A DNA stretch of 64,000 bases from a virus. Its lineage: Duplodnaviria; Heunggongvirae; Uroviricota; Caudoviricetes. A program made the translations under genes and the position numbers. The notes beneath the pieces were generated by a model, which was not told the origin of the DNA, did no database searches, and saw only the letters and a list, made by a program, of their open reading frames with translations. The DNA is taken from the IMG/VR virus record IMGVR_UViG_3300009537_004349, one strand, 5' to 3'. This document shows, piece by piece, positions 20,167 through 31,593 of the stretch. Every line of letters begins with the position of its first letter. Positions within the stretch are counted from its first letter, which is position 1.

Positions 20167-20204
20167 GAAAATAGGGCTGTGTAAGCCGCAACCTACACAG
20201 CCCT
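20167..20204 (-). terminator. Intrinsic terminator after groEL
   Basis: AGGGCTGTGTAGG-TTGCGG-CTTACACAGCCCT stem then ATTTTCT. Confidence 0.8.
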
Positions 20205-20234
20205 TGCCCTAAACACCCATAAGGAGTAACGACC

Positions 20235-21896
<1,662 letters not shown>

Positions 21897-22163
21897 TTAG
21901 GACTCTTCGTCCTCGCCCTCAGAGACTTCGACATCATCGTCGGAAATCTCGTTCATATTAACCATGTTTTCAAAATCGAAATCCTCTTGTGCGTCCACTT
22001 GGATTTCTGGCTCCTGAACTTGTTTCTGCTTCTTTTGCAGCTCCAGGTACTGCTTAAAAAATTGAGCGAAGGGAATACGCTGCTTCTTTGGAATACCACG
22101 AGCCTTAACTTGTTCCTTGTATATCTTTTTAGCTTCCGCTCTTAGTAATTCTCGGTTCTTCAT
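21897..22163 (-). CDS. Hypothetical protein (basic N-terminus, acidic C-terminus)
   Basis: ORF tiles with neighbours. Confidence 0.55.
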   Translation of the reverse strand: MKNRELLRAEAKKIYKEQVKARGIPKKQRIPFAQFFKQYLELQKKQKQVQEPEIQVDAQEDFDFENMVNMNEISDDDVEVSEGEDEES

Positions 22164-22380
22164 TGTGATGCTCCATAATAAAGTCTAAAACTTTTTGTGT
22201 GCTTCTTTCTGGGCTTACTGAATTCGTAGCAAAATATTTTTCTGATAGATGAGATAGTTCTTTGCTATATTTGAAATTGTTCACCTTGTTATAAATATCG
22301 TCCAGCGCTATACCCTGCTCCATTAACCAGTAAAAACCATGAATCTCGTGGTAAGCAATATCTCTAAGAAGATTACTCAT
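22129..22380 (-). CDS. Hypothetical protein
   Basis: ORF with 4-bp overlap to upstream gene. Confidence 0.55.
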   Translation of the reverse strand: MSNLLRDIAYHEIHGFYWLMEQGIALDDIYNKVNNFKYSKELSHLSEKYFATNSVSPERSTQKVLDFIMEHHNEEPRITKSGS

Positions 22381-22754
22381 TTCTTATTTCTATCTAACAG
22401 CTCAAAAAATTCTTTGAGCGTTTTTACTTTGTCCTCAAGATAAGACTGAATAAATCCCTTTGCGTTTGTATTAAACCACTTCTCAAATGATTTCTCAATC
22501 CATTCGTTCATCTTCTCTTCCATCTGCTGTTTAATAACAGAATCGCCGTAGCCTCTCACCAAAAAATCAATCTGCTTATTGAGTAAGTCTTTGATGGTGC
22601 TGGTCACCTTTGCTGCGACATTCACATTGTTCAGGTGGTCTTGTGCCATGCGACGGATTTCCTCGTCGGTAATATTTTTCACTTCGCGTTGTACAAGTTT
22701 GATGATTTCTTTTCGCAGCTCTTCATCGCGACCAATATTGACTGTTAACTTCAT
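22377..22754 (-). CDS. Hypothetical helical protein
   Basis: 125-aa ORF in tiled run. Confidence 0.65.
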   Translation of the reverse strand: MKLTVNIGRDEELRKEIIKLVQREVKNITDEEIRRMAQDHLNNVNVAAKVTSTIKDLLNKQIDFLVRGYGDSVIKQQMEEKMNEWIEKSFEKWFNTNAKGFIQSYLEDKVKTLKEFFELLDRNKK

Positions 22755-23100
22755 CGTCTTTCCATCTTTCGAGACGCTTCTTTAGAAGCTGTTGAACTAT
22801 TTCTTGTGCCCTTGAGTTCTTTTTATTATCGTGCCTAACACCTTTCTCAAAATTACAACCGCTGCACGCAAGAGCTACATTCTTCAAGTCGTCTGTTCCG
22901 CCCTTTGCTTTTGGTATAATGTGCTCTATGGTTGCATGATGCCAGAGCGTTCCATCTTCACATATGATGAGCTTTCTGTTGCAATGTATACACTTGCCTT
23001 GCCAAAAAGTATGACCCTGGTGTTCTACTCGTTCAAAGGTTTTATCTGTGCGGGCTATAGCTAAAGCCAATCGTCTTGTCCTATTCCTGTTCCCTGCCAT
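22723..23100 (-). CDS. HNH endonuclease family protein
   Basis: CIHC...TIEHIIPKAKGGTDDLKNVALACSGCNFEKG. Confidence 0.9.
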   Translation of the reverse strand: MAGNRNRTRRLALAIARTDKTFERVEHQGHTFWQGKCIHCNRKLIICEDGTLWHHATIEHIIPKAKGGTDDLKNVALACSGCNFEKGVRHDNKKNSRAQEIVQQLLKKRLERWKDDEVNSQYWSR

Positions 23101-23239
23101 TCAGCGATTCCTTTAATTGGAGTAATAACCGTTCTATTAAAGCATAGTATTCAACTGTGCATACAGCGAACTTTTTATCACCCTCGCCTACTACAGTAAA
23201 CCCCTTCTCCGGTATGTCCTCTGGCTTGATTTCAATCAT
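23081..23239 (-). CDS. Small hypothetical protein, 52 aa (below ORF track cutoff)
   Basis: ATG 23239, MIEIKPEDIPEKGFTVVGEG...; lies downstream of a promoter-like site and fills the gap. Confidence 0.5.
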   Translation of the reverse strand: MIEIKPEDIPEKGFTVVGEGDKKFAVCTVEYYALIERLLLQLKESLNGREQE

Positions 23240-23249
23240 TCTATGCTCT

Positions 23250-23277
23250 TATATAGTGTATGAGAGGAATGTGTCAA
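23250..23277 (-). promoter_or_regulatory. sigma70-like promoter
   Basis: TTGACA-N16-TATATA on minus strand. Confidence 0.6.
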
Positions 23278-23517
23278 CTAACATTTATACAGCTCGTAGA
23301 AATACTTAACCCACCATTTATGGATATTGGTCTTAGGCTTACCCACAGGAAACACTGCCCGGTGATGAATTAGGGCTCTCATGTCACCGAAGTCCACAAA
23401 CCTAACCCCGAACTTTGCCAGATATCTGTAGGCGTATCTAATGTCAGATTCCATAACACAGCCATCTTCTTTTTCGCAAGGAGGGCTGACATCTGGGTCA
23501 CACTTACACATCCACAT
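23278..23517 (-). CDS. Hypothetical protein
   Basis: 79-aa ORF. Confidence 0.5.
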   Translation of the reverse strand: MWMCKCDPDVSPPCEKEDGCVMESDIRYAYRYLAKFGVRFVDFGDMRALIHHRAVFPVGKPKTNIHKWWVKYFYELYKC

Positions 23518-23677
23518 ATCTCCTCAAAAACTCTAGAAATGAAACATCAAGAGACATTATCGTTCCATTTTCACGACATTGTGTTTTTATAAGTCCGCCT
23601 TGTGGGCCTACTTTTAGTCCACCTTTAAGGAACCAAACATAGGCATCAACTGTATTCTTTCTATTCAGGGTCGTCAT
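23504..23677 (-). CDS. Small hypothetical protein, 57 aa (below cutoff)
   Basis: MTTLNRKNTVDAYVWFLKGGLKVGPQGG...; fills gap between annotated ORFs. Confidence 0.45.
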   Translation of the reverse strand: MTTLNRKNTVDAYVWFLKGGLKVGPQGGLIKTQCRENGTIMSLDVSFLEFLRRYVDV

Positions 23678-23859
23678 TATGATATTCCCTAAGTATATTG
23701 AGAAAATAATCTCTACACGCTTTGGGCCTGCGATTGTCTTTATAGCCTATGAATAGAATCTCATCCTCAACTTTGATTACCATTCTAAGACGCAAAAAAT
23801 GAACATAGCAATCTCTTATTGCCCCTTTCTCCTGCTCTTCTTTCCAGCCGTCTAATGAG

Positions 23860-24183
23860 TCAAAGTGAGAAGCTCTCACCGCAGCTGCAACTTCTTTTAG
23901 CGTTTGGGTTCCTGAATTTGAGTCCGCCATTGAGCAGATTCCTTTCGTAGTATAGTTCAATGTCTTCAAGATACTGATAGCTTTTTGGGTCACAAACAAC
24001 CGTTAAGTCTTCTATCTCAAGCTTAACGTCATTCTCTTTAACCGCATCATCAAAACGAAGCACATAGTTTAGCCCACTACATCCACCACCCTGTACACCA
24101 ATACGAAGAACGCCATTAGAGCGCCCTTCTTTTTCCATAAGTTGCTTGGCTTTAATAGCGGCTTCTGATGTTACTGTAAACAA
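23860..24183 (-). CDS. iscA: IscA/HesB A-type Fe-S carrier protein
   Basis: LRIGVQGGGCSGLNY and FRNPNAKRSCSCGESF with all three conserved Cys. Confidence 0.95.
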   Translation of the reverse strand: MFTVTSEAAIKAKQLMEKEGRSNGVLRIGVQGGGCSGLNYVLRFDDAVKENDVKLEIEDLTVVCDPKSYQYLEDIELYYERNLLNGGLKFRNPNAKRSCSCGESFSL

Positions 24184-24416
24184 AACTCAATCCCCATATC
24201 TTCAAGTCTTAGATTATTCTTCTTAGACGCACCAACATATGGATTGTGTGAATACCAAATTTCCCCGTACTCTAATCTAAAGGGCAACTCTTTTTTTAAA
24301 CCAAAGTAATATGCAGAGTATACTTCTACAGCGGGAGGGTTATCAATCCGCTCTACCTTTTTCATCAGTGAGCGTCTTAGATTGTATTGTGTTTTTCTTT
24401 TCATCGTTTTCCCCAT
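24171..24416 (-). CDS. Hypothetical protein
   Basis: ORF in tiled run. Confidence 0.5.
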   Translation of the reverse strand: MGKTMKRKTQYNLRRSLMKKVERIDNPPAVEVYSAYYFGLKKELPFRLEYGEIWYSHNPYVGASKKNNLRLEDMGIEFCLQ

Positions 24417-24658
24417 GGGTCGCAGTGAACATATTTAACACCCATATCACGCAATACGAAAAAGGTCATATGTGCTGTTTTTTCTTCTTCAGATTCGTGC
24501 TCTGTGGCATAAAACGCTCCCTCAATATAAGCGAACTGCGTTGGTCTTATATTGTGCTTAAGTATGGCTTTGTATGCACGATAGATAGATAAATCTACAT
24601 CAGAGTTCAAAGGGGAGTTTGCCAACCACGGCTTCTTCTTTGGAACGTGTGATTTCAT
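24401..24658 (-). CDS. Hypothetical protein
   Basis: 1-bp overlap with aceA stop. Confidence 0.55.
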   Translation of the reverse strand: MKSHVPKKKPWLANSPLNSDVDLSIYRAYKAILKHNIRPTQFAYIEGAFYATEHESEEEKTAHMTFFVLRDMGVKYVHCDPWGKR

Positions 24659-25968
24659 TAGTGTTCGTCAAACTGGTCAGCAGTTGACCCTTTCATTGCT
24701 AGAGTTGAATCTTCTTTGGACACTGCTTGCGCTACCTTGTCGAAATAACCCGTACCAACCTCGCGCTGGTGTTCGGTAGCAGTATAGCCCAAGTCCTTAT
24801 TGGAGAACTCACGCTCTTGCAATTCAGAATACGCAGCCATCTGACGGTCTTTGTATCCTAATGCAAGCTCAAACATACTATTGTTAAGAGCATGAAATCC
24901 AGCAAGAGTAATGAATTGAAACTTGAAGCCCATAGCTGCAAGTTCACGCTGAAATTTAGCAATCGTTGCGTCATCTAAATTCTTCTTCCAGTTAAATGAT
25001 GGTGAGCAGTTATACGCCAGCATTTGGTCTGGGTATACTGCATGTATTCCTTCTGCAAATCTTCGTGCTTCTTCTAGGTCGGGCTTAGAAGTCTCACACC
25101 ATAGCAAATCAGCATATGGGGCGTACTGAAGTCCACGGTTAATAGCCATGTCGAGACCGCCAGTGATACGATAGAAACCTTCTGCAGTTTGCTCATAATC
25201 TTCCGTTTCGTTTTCTTGACCCTCACCCAAAATATGAGTTTTTAGAAACGGATAATCTTCCTTATCTACATAGTTAGTCAATAGTCGTGCAGCGTTTGCA
25301 TCAGTTCTTGCGATAATCAGAGTAGGCGTTCCCATTACATCAGCAGCTAGGCGAGCTGCTACTAACTTCTTGATAAACTCAGAGCCGGGAACCAAAACCT
25401 TTCCGCCCAAGTGACCACACTTCTTAGCGGACGACAACTGGTCCTCAAAGTGAACACAAGCAGCACCAGCCTTAATCATAGCCTTCATCAGCTCGAATGC
25501 ATTAAGGGTGCCACCAAAACCAGCCTCCGCATCAGCAACAATGGGAGCGAACCAATCACGGTCACGCTTGCCCTCTGACCACTCGATTTCATCTGCTCGG
25601 CGAAGGGTTTTGTTAAGACTCTCAACTAGACGAGGAACTGATTGAACTGAGTAAAGCGATTGGTCTGGATACATTTGACCATCAACATTTGCGTCTGCAG
25701 CTACTTGCCACCCAGAACAATAAATGGCACGAAGACCAGCCTTAACCATTTGCATAGCCTGGTTGCCTGTTAGAGCACCAAGAGCATTTACCCACCCATC
25801 TTCCTGTAGAGCATTCCAGAATTTTTCTGCGGTATGCTTTGCTACAGTATGCTCTTCTGGCAAAGAGCCTCGTAGGTTTATTACTTCCTCCGCTGTGTAT
25901 GGCCGCGTAACGCCTTTCCATCTGGGGTTAGTTTCCCAGTCTTTAGTTAGTTGTTCTGCTGTGGTCAT
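24658..25968 (-). CDS. aceA: Isocitrate lyase
   Basis: [30 protein letters not shown], catalytic [44 protein letters not shown]. Confidence 0.98.
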   Translation of the reverse strand: MTTAEQLTKDWETNPRWKGVTRPYTAEEVINLRGSLPEEHTVAKHTAEKFWNALQEDGWVNALGALTGNQAMQMVKAGLRAIYCSGWQVAADANVDGQMYPDQSLYSVQSVPRLVESLNKTLRRADEIEWSEGKRDRDWFAPIVADAEAGFGGTLNAFELMKAMIKAGAACVHFEDQLSSAKKCGHLGGKVLVPGSEFIKKLVAARLAADVMGTPTLIIARTDANAARLLTNYVDKEDYPFLKTHILGEGQENETEDYEQTAEGFYRITGGLDMAINRGLQYAPYADLLWCETSKPDLEEARRFAEGIHAVYPDQMLAYNCSPSFNWKKNLDDATIAKFQRELAAMGFKFQFITLAGFHALNNSMFELALGYKDRQMAAYSELQEREFSNKDLGYTATEHQREVGTGYFDKVAQAVSKEDSTLAMKGSTADQFDEH

Positions 25969-26348
25969 TTATATTTCCCCATATATATTTTGTATAGCTC
26001 ATCGAATCTTAAAAGCGGAGCTATGTTATACAATATTATTTTCCAACAAGGTATGAACCGTGGTCCCTTAGTATTTCCTTTGAGAAACATAAAAAAGATG
26101 CCATTATCAGCTCCCGATATAGACAAATCCCCTAGTGCTATATCATATAGATAAATATGGTACAAAAACTTACATATATCTTTATCAGTCATATCTTTTC
26201 TAAATTTTCGCAATCTAGATACGGGGGGGTTTTTAGGTACAGGTAGTAATTTGTATATTCCATACATCATGCTCAAAATGAGTCTTCTCATACGCAAAAT
26301 ATGTTTCCTACTCCAGACTTTAAGCTCTATTCTCAGCTCATACATCAT
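25965..26348 (-). CDS. Hypothetical AT-rich protein
   Basis: 4-bp overlaps at both ends. Confidence 0.55.
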   Translation of the reverse strand: MMYELRIELKVWSRKHILRMRRLILSMMYGIYKLLPVPKNPPVSRLRKFRKDMTDKDICKFLYHIYLYDIALGDLSISGADNGIFFMFLKGNTKGPRFIPCWKIILYNIAPLLRFDELYKIYMGKYK

Positions 26349-27133
26349 ATTCTTTTCTTTGCTAAATCACAATATTCTTTACTAATATCTATCCCTAAAT
26401 ATTTTCGACCCAGTTCTTTGGCAACTTTGCACGTAGTACCAGAACCAACCATGGGGTCAAAAACAACATCACCTTTGTTTGTCCAAGTCTTCACATGGTC
26501 TTCAACTAATGCCTCAGGAAATGTAGCGGGATGTTTGTATGCTTCTTTATCTGATTGTCCGAACCCACCACTAACAACATAACGCCATATGTTGTTACGA
26601 GGACTAAACTTTGGAACAGGCTTAAAGTCAGCTTTCTTTTTTAGGGAGCCATCTTTCTGTCGATCTGTCTTCTCACCCCAGTTAGTATGTCCTGCCCACT
26701 TGTTTTCTTTGTCGCAAATTAGATTTGCTGTTTTAGGTTTGCCCTTACTAAAAACAAACATGTACTCGAATATCTGAGTGTATCTGCTTCCATTACGACG
26801 TGCAGGAAATGACGATGTATTCTTTTCAAATATCATTGTGTCGTGAAGATTAAAGCCACCTTTCATAAAAGCAAGAGCCTGTTTGAAACTTGTGCCTGTC
26901 TCGCTGCCCTTTTGAACAGCATCTCCAACAACCCACACTACTACACCGCCTGGCTTCATAACTTTGTACAAGCCAGCGATGATTTTCTCTACGTCGAACT
27001 TATAGCCCTTGTAGTCTCTTAGGTTGTCATAGGGAGGACTGGTGACCACAAGGTCAACGCAATCATCAGGCATATTGGCCATCACGTCAACACAATCGCC
27101 ATGTATGATTTGGTTTGTTTTTAGATTAGTCAT
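26345..27133 (-). CDS. N4-cytosine/N6-adenine DNA methyltransferase (beta class)
   Basis: DLVVTSPPY catalytic motif, HPATFPEAL, VFDPMVGSGTT SAM-binding motif. Confidence 0.95.
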   Translation of the reverse strand: MTNLKTNQIIHGDCVDVMANMPDDCVDLVVTSPPYDNLRDYKGYKFDVEKIIAGLYKVMKPGGVVVWVVGDAVQKGSETGTSFKQALAFMKGGFNLHDTMIFEKNTSSFPARRNGSRYTQIFEYMFVFSKGKPKTANLICDKENKWAGHTNWGEKTDRQKDGSLKKKADFKPVPKFSPRNNIWRYVVSGGFGQSDKEAYKHPATFPEALVEDHVKTWTNKGDVVFDPMVGSGTTCKVAKELGRKYLGIDISKEYCDLAKKRI

Positions 27134-27690
27134 TTAACAACTATTCCTGTTGCCTTAAGAAACTTTTTTTGGTCTACTAGCTTTTCATATTTGAGATATT
27201 TTGAATCGAAAAGCTGAAATTCTTTTACAAGATATCCTACAGCTGCCCTACCATTGGGCCCGTCTGGCCATGGATCACCACCAGGAACACCTCTTTTAAA
27301 AGCTCTTGACCTGACCAGCTCTATGTAATCAGAAGTTTGCCACACTCCAAATCTAGCTTTTCCTGGATGAACTTTACTTAAAACTATTTTAGCCCAATAG
27401 TCTGCGGTGGTCACAGTTATACCAGAATCCTTTCCCCACGCCCAAGTTTCTACATAACAGTTACCAGTATTTCTACATAGTAAATCCATTTTCCATTCGA
27501 CAGTAGGACACGAATTAGCTGTTTTAACAATATGGTCAAACTCTTTATGATTTCCTTCTATCCATTCTATTTCACGCACCTCTTCATCTAATACTTTAGA
27601 GAATATCTTTTTATCTATGTTATTAGCCTGAAGGAATGCTTTTAGTTTGCCTTCTTCTTCTAAATCTTTTCTAAAATTCTTGTGTCCCAT
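27130..27690 (-). CDS. PD-(D/E)xK-like nuclease
   Basis: EFD...VEWKMD..TGNCYVE..GKDSGITVTTADYW resembles the phage EVKxD..TGN..IE..SGI..TxADYW family. Confidence 0.6.
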   Translation of the reverse strand: MGHKNFRKDLEEEGKLKAFLQANNIDKKIFSKVLDEEVREIEWIEGNHKEFDHIVKTANSCPTVEWKMDLLCRNTGNCYVETWAWGKDSGITVTTADYWAKIVLSKVHPGKARFGVWQTSDYIELVRSRAFKRGVPGGDPWPDGPNGRAAVGYLVKEFQLFDSKYLKYEKLVDQKKFLKATGIVVK

Positions 27691-27693
27691 GTT

Positions 27694-29256
27694 TTACTCC
27701 AAGTGTTTGTATGCTACACTTGACATAAACGGAGGACAATCATTAGCCGTAACCATCTCAACAAGAAGTTCTGCTGCTAGTTCAACTGACTCTTTCTTAT
27801 AGTCTTCGCTCGACAAGCGTGTAGCTTGTTGTCTTATTATATTGGTTAGTCGTTCCTTAGTCAAGAACTTATTGTTGCTAATCTTAACCTTATGCTTAGC
27901 CCACTGCCATAGTTGAGCCCTTGATATTTCAGCAGTAGCGAGGTCTTCCATTAAGTTGTGTATAGGCACACAACCCAAGCCCTCTAGCCAAGAAATCATA
28001 TAACGTAGACAAACAAGAACATTTACTAACACTCCACCGTCAGTTATTTGAGCCACGTTTTCATAATGCGGCACCCTAAGTAAGTCGGACTGAGTAATCA
28101 CCACATCATCTACAACACCTATTTGATTATCTTCAGTTAGTCCACCCTCTCGTAAATGGTTTCGTGCTACTTCAACCAAACCAGGATGTGCTACCCAAGT
28201 ACCATCATGTCCCAATACAGCTTCCCTGTGTTTATCGTTTGCTACTTTCGCTATAGCAAGTCCGTTAGAGTTGTCTTTGGTAGGTATGTACGCTGACATA
28301 CCACCCATAGCATGAATACCACGACGATGACAGGTTTGTATTAACAGCTTAGCATATGATTCCATCATGTGCGTATCCATCCTTATCAAATCTCTGTCGG
28401 GATAGACAAACTGCTTGTGCTTACCAAGACACTTAATAGCTGAGAATATATAGTCCCAGCGTCCTGCATTAAGACCTGCAGAATAAGCCTGCAAGTTATA
28501 TAGGATTTCATTCATCTGAAATACGGCTGGAAGTGTCTCGATAAGAACGGTGGCTCTAATAGTCCCCTTCTTAATACCGAGCTTACTTTCTGCAAACCTA
28601 AATACCAAAACCCAAAGCCAAGCCTCTTTATGATGCTCGATTTTGGGCAAATAAAAAGCGGGTGTTTCTCCCCGCTGGATTTGTGTTTTCGCATTGTGGA
28701 AAAAGAAAAGACCAAAGTCAAAAACGGATGCTGATATTGGCTCACCGTTTACTATGCAATTCTTCTCTTCTAGGTGCCAACCTCTAGGACGAACCATGAG
28801 CTTGGCTACACTATCGTTTAGTTTGTAGTGCTTCTTTTCGGTCTTGAGTTCGATTGTGCGATTAACTGCATCACGGAGATTGACTTGTCCATCCATACAG
28901 TTTTCCCAAGTAGGACTGTTGGAATCTTCAAAGTCCGCCATAAAACAATCTGCGCCACTATTGAGTGCATTAATTATCATTTTACGGTCGACGGGTCCAG
29001 TTATCTCTACATGCCTGCGCAACATGTCTTCTGGAATATCTGCTACCTTCCAGGCATGGTCTCGAATATGAGATGTTTCAGGGAGAAAGTTAGGAAGTTG
29101 TCCTTTGTCGAATTTGTTTTGTTGTATCTTGCGAGCGCTTAAGGTATTTGGTCTTTCCATCCTTAGCATATCATGCATTTGCTCTATGAAACTAAGTGCC
29201 TCTGGGGTTAGAATTTCTTCGTAACCCTCTTTCATCTTTCCTTTAATCTCTATCAT
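27694..29256 (-). CDS. aceB: Malate synthase A
   Basis: VEITGP, MADFED, MVRPRGWHL, LIETLPA, GLNAGRWDYIFS, GHDGTWVAHP, LMEDLATAEISR. Confidence 0.97.
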   Translation of the reverse strand: MIEIKGKMKEGYEEILTPEALSFIEQMHDMLRMERPNTLSARKIQQNKFDKGQLPNFLPETSHIRDHAWKVADIPEDMLRRHVEITGPVDRKMIINALNSGADCFMADFEDSNSPTWENCMDGQVNLRDAVNRTIELKTEKKHYKLNDSVAKLMVRPRGWHLEEKNCIVNGEPISASVFDFGLFFFHNAKTQIQRGETPAFYLPKIEHHKEAWLWVLVFRFAESKLGIKKGTIRATVLIETLPAVFQMNEILYNLQAYSAGLNAGRWDYIFSAIKCLGKHKQFVYPDRDLIRMDTHMMESYAKLLIQTCHRRGIHAMGGMSAYIPTKDNSNGLAIAKVANDKHREAVLGHDGTWVAHPGLVEVARNHLREGGLTEDNQIGVVDDVVITQSDLLRVPHYENVAQITDGGVLVNVLVCLRYMISWLEGLGCVPIHNLMEDLATAEISRAQLWQWAKHKVKISNNKFLTKERLTNIIRQQATRLSSEDYKKESVELAAELLVEMVTANDCPPFMSSVAYKHLE

Positions 29257-29513
29257 GTCTTCCTCTTTTTGTAGTGACTACATGTCAGCATTGTCTTAGT
29301 ATGCTTAGACAGCATATACCCATATCCCTTGCTTCCAGACATAGAGCATTTTGGGCATAGTGGTTGCTCCTCGAACATATGTCTTATGTACATCGCTTGC
29401 ACCATAATATCTATCTTAGACTTTGGCAATCCATTCAGATAGTATTTTTCAAACGAGTACTTTCTGCTGGCTCTCTTCTTCCTCGTCGCCTTCTTTTTGA
29501 ATCTTCGTGACAT
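29253..29513 (-). CDS. Hypothetical basic protein with CxxC
   Basis: 4-bp overlap with aceB start; CPKC. Confidence 0.5.
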   Translation of the reverse strand: MSRRFKKKATRKKRASRKYSFEKYYLNGLPKSKIDIMVQAMYIRHMFEEQPLCPKCSMSGSKGYGYMLSKHTKTMLTCSHYKKRKT

Positions 29514-29799
29514 AATTCATTACTGCCAATCTGATGGCATTTACCATCATGATTCCCAAGTGAACATCTTTTTCACTTCTTATGAAATCATCGCACTCAT
29601 GTTCAGCTGCATCTTCTATAGACAACCCAACAATCATATTTATGCTATCGACAACCTGTTCAGAATCGAATGGCCCAAAATGCCGATAGTTTATTTTCTC
29701 TATTACACCATCTTCGTCTATATCCAAAGTCAACTTCAATACATCTCTGGACCTCGTAGAGCATACGAGAGCGCTTCCTGTATCAAACGCAAAAGGCAT
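29449..29799 (-). CDS. IscU/NifU-N-like protein lacking the cluster-ligating cysteines
   Basis: DVLKLTLDIDEDGVIEKINYRHFG and VGLSIEDA..DVHLGIMMVNAIRLAVMNY follow the IscU pattern, but the C37/C63/C106-equivalent positions are S/P/L. Confidence 0.6.
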   Translation of the reverse strand: MPFAFDTGSALVCSTRSRDVLKLTLDIDEDGVIEKINYRHFGPFDSEQVVDSINMIVGLSIEDAAEHECDDFIRSEKDVHLGIMMVNAIRLAVMNYVTKIQKEGDEEEESQQKVLV

Positions 29800-29808
29800 A
29801 GTGCCTCC

Positions 29809-30444
29809 TTAGTGGGTTCTTTCAATCCACTGAAATGTGCCCGGAATGGAGCGCCTGGTCTCATCTACCTCATACGACAGTATGCATCCGTCCGAATAGT
29901 AACGATAAACTAAATGCTCTTCCACAAATTCTTCTTTGAACTTGTAATCTCCCTTGTGCCCATTCCAATCAAAAACAGGTGTGGGATATTGCGCATGTGC
30001 TGTAGGGATAAACTCTATGTTGTCTGCCTCAGATAGTATCCATTTCCACACGCCCTTAAGCTCTTTTTTGTCTACAGTAGCAACTATCTTACCAACGGGA
30101 ATAATGTCAAACTCATTTTGAATCTCCCTGATAGAGAGCACAACTTTGCCCTCAGCAATCTCTGCAACCATAGGGTCTTCAATCAAAACTAGTCTGCTAA
30201 AATCATACTGATTGTTCTCTACCTTTAGACGCATGGCAAAAGGACTTTGTAAAGCAACACCAGTATCCTTCTGCTCCTCATATTGACCGGCTACATATGC
30301 TCCGCCCAAACAAGAGCTAAATAGAGTAAATAGCCATATCACCGTAGTGTACTTGAGCTTTTTAACGATTTGGAATAATTGTCCCAGAGTCAAAACTTTC
30401 ACATTATTGAGTACTTCTGAGAACTCTTTCTCATTCTCTGCCAT
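29809..30444 (-). CDS. Hypothetical membrane-anchored protein
   Basis: Hydrophobic segment TTVIWLFTLFSSCLGGAYVAG. Confidence 0.6.
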   Translation of the reverse strand: MAENEKEFSEVLNNVKVLTLGQLFQIVKKLKYTTVIWLFTLFSSCLGGAYVAGQYEEQKDTGVALQSPFAMRLKVENNQYDFSRLVLIEDPMVAEIAEGKVVLSIREIQNEFDIIPVGKIVATVDKKELKGVWKWILSEADNIEFIPTAHAQYPTPVFDWNGHKGDYKFKEEFVEEHLVYRYYSDGCILSYEVDETRRSIPGTFQWIERTH

Positions 30445-30501
30445 AATGCTAACCTCATTGTTTAGTTTGTTTCTTACAATAAAGTCTTGAAATATTAGTA
30501 G

Positions 30502-30738
30502 TTAAACGTATCGCTTAACTCCAGGACGGCTACCATTTTCGTCCTTAACTTGAACAACCTTTCTTCGTGCTGTCACTCTCCACAGGACAAAAAACAACGC
30601 TGTGAGAGCCCACGGAATCGCTACATGCCATGGAGACTGAATCTTATCTACATGGCTCACTATCAAGGCACCAGCGAGCATACCGATGGCGTAAGGCACT
30701 CCTCGCCATAATCCGCTCTTCTTCTTTCTCCTAGCCAT
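30502..30738 (-). CDS. Small two-TM membrane protein
   Basis: Two hydrophobic helices flanked by basic residues. Confidence 0.65.
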   Translation of the reverse strand: MARRKKKSGLWRGVPYAIGMLAGALIVSHVDKIQSPWHVAIPWALTALFFVLWRVTARRKVVQVKDENGSRPGVKRYV

Positions 30739-31228
30739 TGATAATCTTTCCCATGTGACATTTCTTGTACTTCTTGTCGCTCCCGCACCAGCATTTTAGA
30801 TTCGGGCCAGGACGCTTGATTTGGTAGTCATACATGGTTTCACCATACAAGTGCCCTACCTCGTGCTGAATAACCACAGCATTTAATCCTGTAGCTACTA
30901 TGCCAGTTGGATGCAGTAGGTCTTTAACCAGAATCTCAGCATATCGCTTAGTGACTATCCATTGTTCTGGAAAACTCAAACATCCCTCATTGTTGAATTC
31001 CATTAAATCATATGTTTCAACTATCTCGGGATTAATCAGATTTAGAGAATCCTTTGTGCGAATAATACACACCTTTGCATCAATCTCTATCTGATTGGCA
31101 GCGAGCCCTATACCAGGAGACTTAGAGTTGTTTAGTTCTGCTTCAAGCTTGGCTACTATTTCCATTCCTTCAAAAATAGAAACATCCTTACACTCTTGTC
31201 TTAATAGCGACTCATCTGTTACAATCAT
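30731..31228 (-). CDS. def: Peptide deformylase with C-terminal SEC-C motif
   Basis: GIGLAANQI, EGCLS, QHEVGH; C-terminal GPNLKCWCGSDKKYKKCH. Confidence 0.95.
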   Translation of the reverse strand: MIVTDESLLRQECKDVSIFEGMEIVAKLEAELNNSKSPGIGLAANQIEIDAKVCIIRTKDSLNLINPEIVETYDLMEFNNEGCLSFPEQWIVTKRYAEILVKDLLHPTGIVATGLNAVVIQHEVGHLYGETMYDYQIKRPGPNLKCWCGSDKKYKKCHMGKIING

Positions 31229-31593
31229 TGGTCAGGCCCTATATACTCGATTGACATTCTTGAGAGCCTTCTAGACCACACGAACCAATGCTTACCCTTG
31301 AGTACTCCCTTCTCTAGGTATGGCACTACATCTTCAAAACATACCACAGACATCGTGTGCTTTCTGTTTTTACCAGGGTCTTGAACAGTAGCCGTAGTTG
31401 CTGCACGGTACCTTGAAGAGAATCCCACAAATGTCAAGTTTTCAACTGCGAAGGGCTCGTTTGGAACAGGCACTATTGCATGCCCTTGTTTCTTGCAACC
31501 ATAATGGATAGAGGATTCTTTCATAACCCTATTACAAGTTCTACACTCTGCGATTTTCCACTTTAGGTTCTTCTTGTGTTTCGGCGCACTCAT
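31225..31593 (-). CDS. Hypothetical protein
   Basis: 4-bp overlaps; CRTC. Confidence 0.6.
   Translation of the reverse strand: MSAPKHKKNLKWKIAECRTCNRVMKESSIHYGCKKQGHAIVPVPNEPFAVENLTFVGFSSRYRAATTATVQDPGKNRKHTMSVVCFEDVVPYLEKGVLKGKHWFVWSRRLSRMSIEYIGPDQ

Noticed and set aside
22723-23100. HNH as an intron-encoded homing endonuclease
   Set aside because: Free-standing in a tiled gene run, with no interrupted host gene on its flanks
23661-23999. 112-aa ORF overlapping iscA by 140 bp
   Set aside because: The overlap with a clear gene makes the called start unlikely; at most a short internal-start ORF
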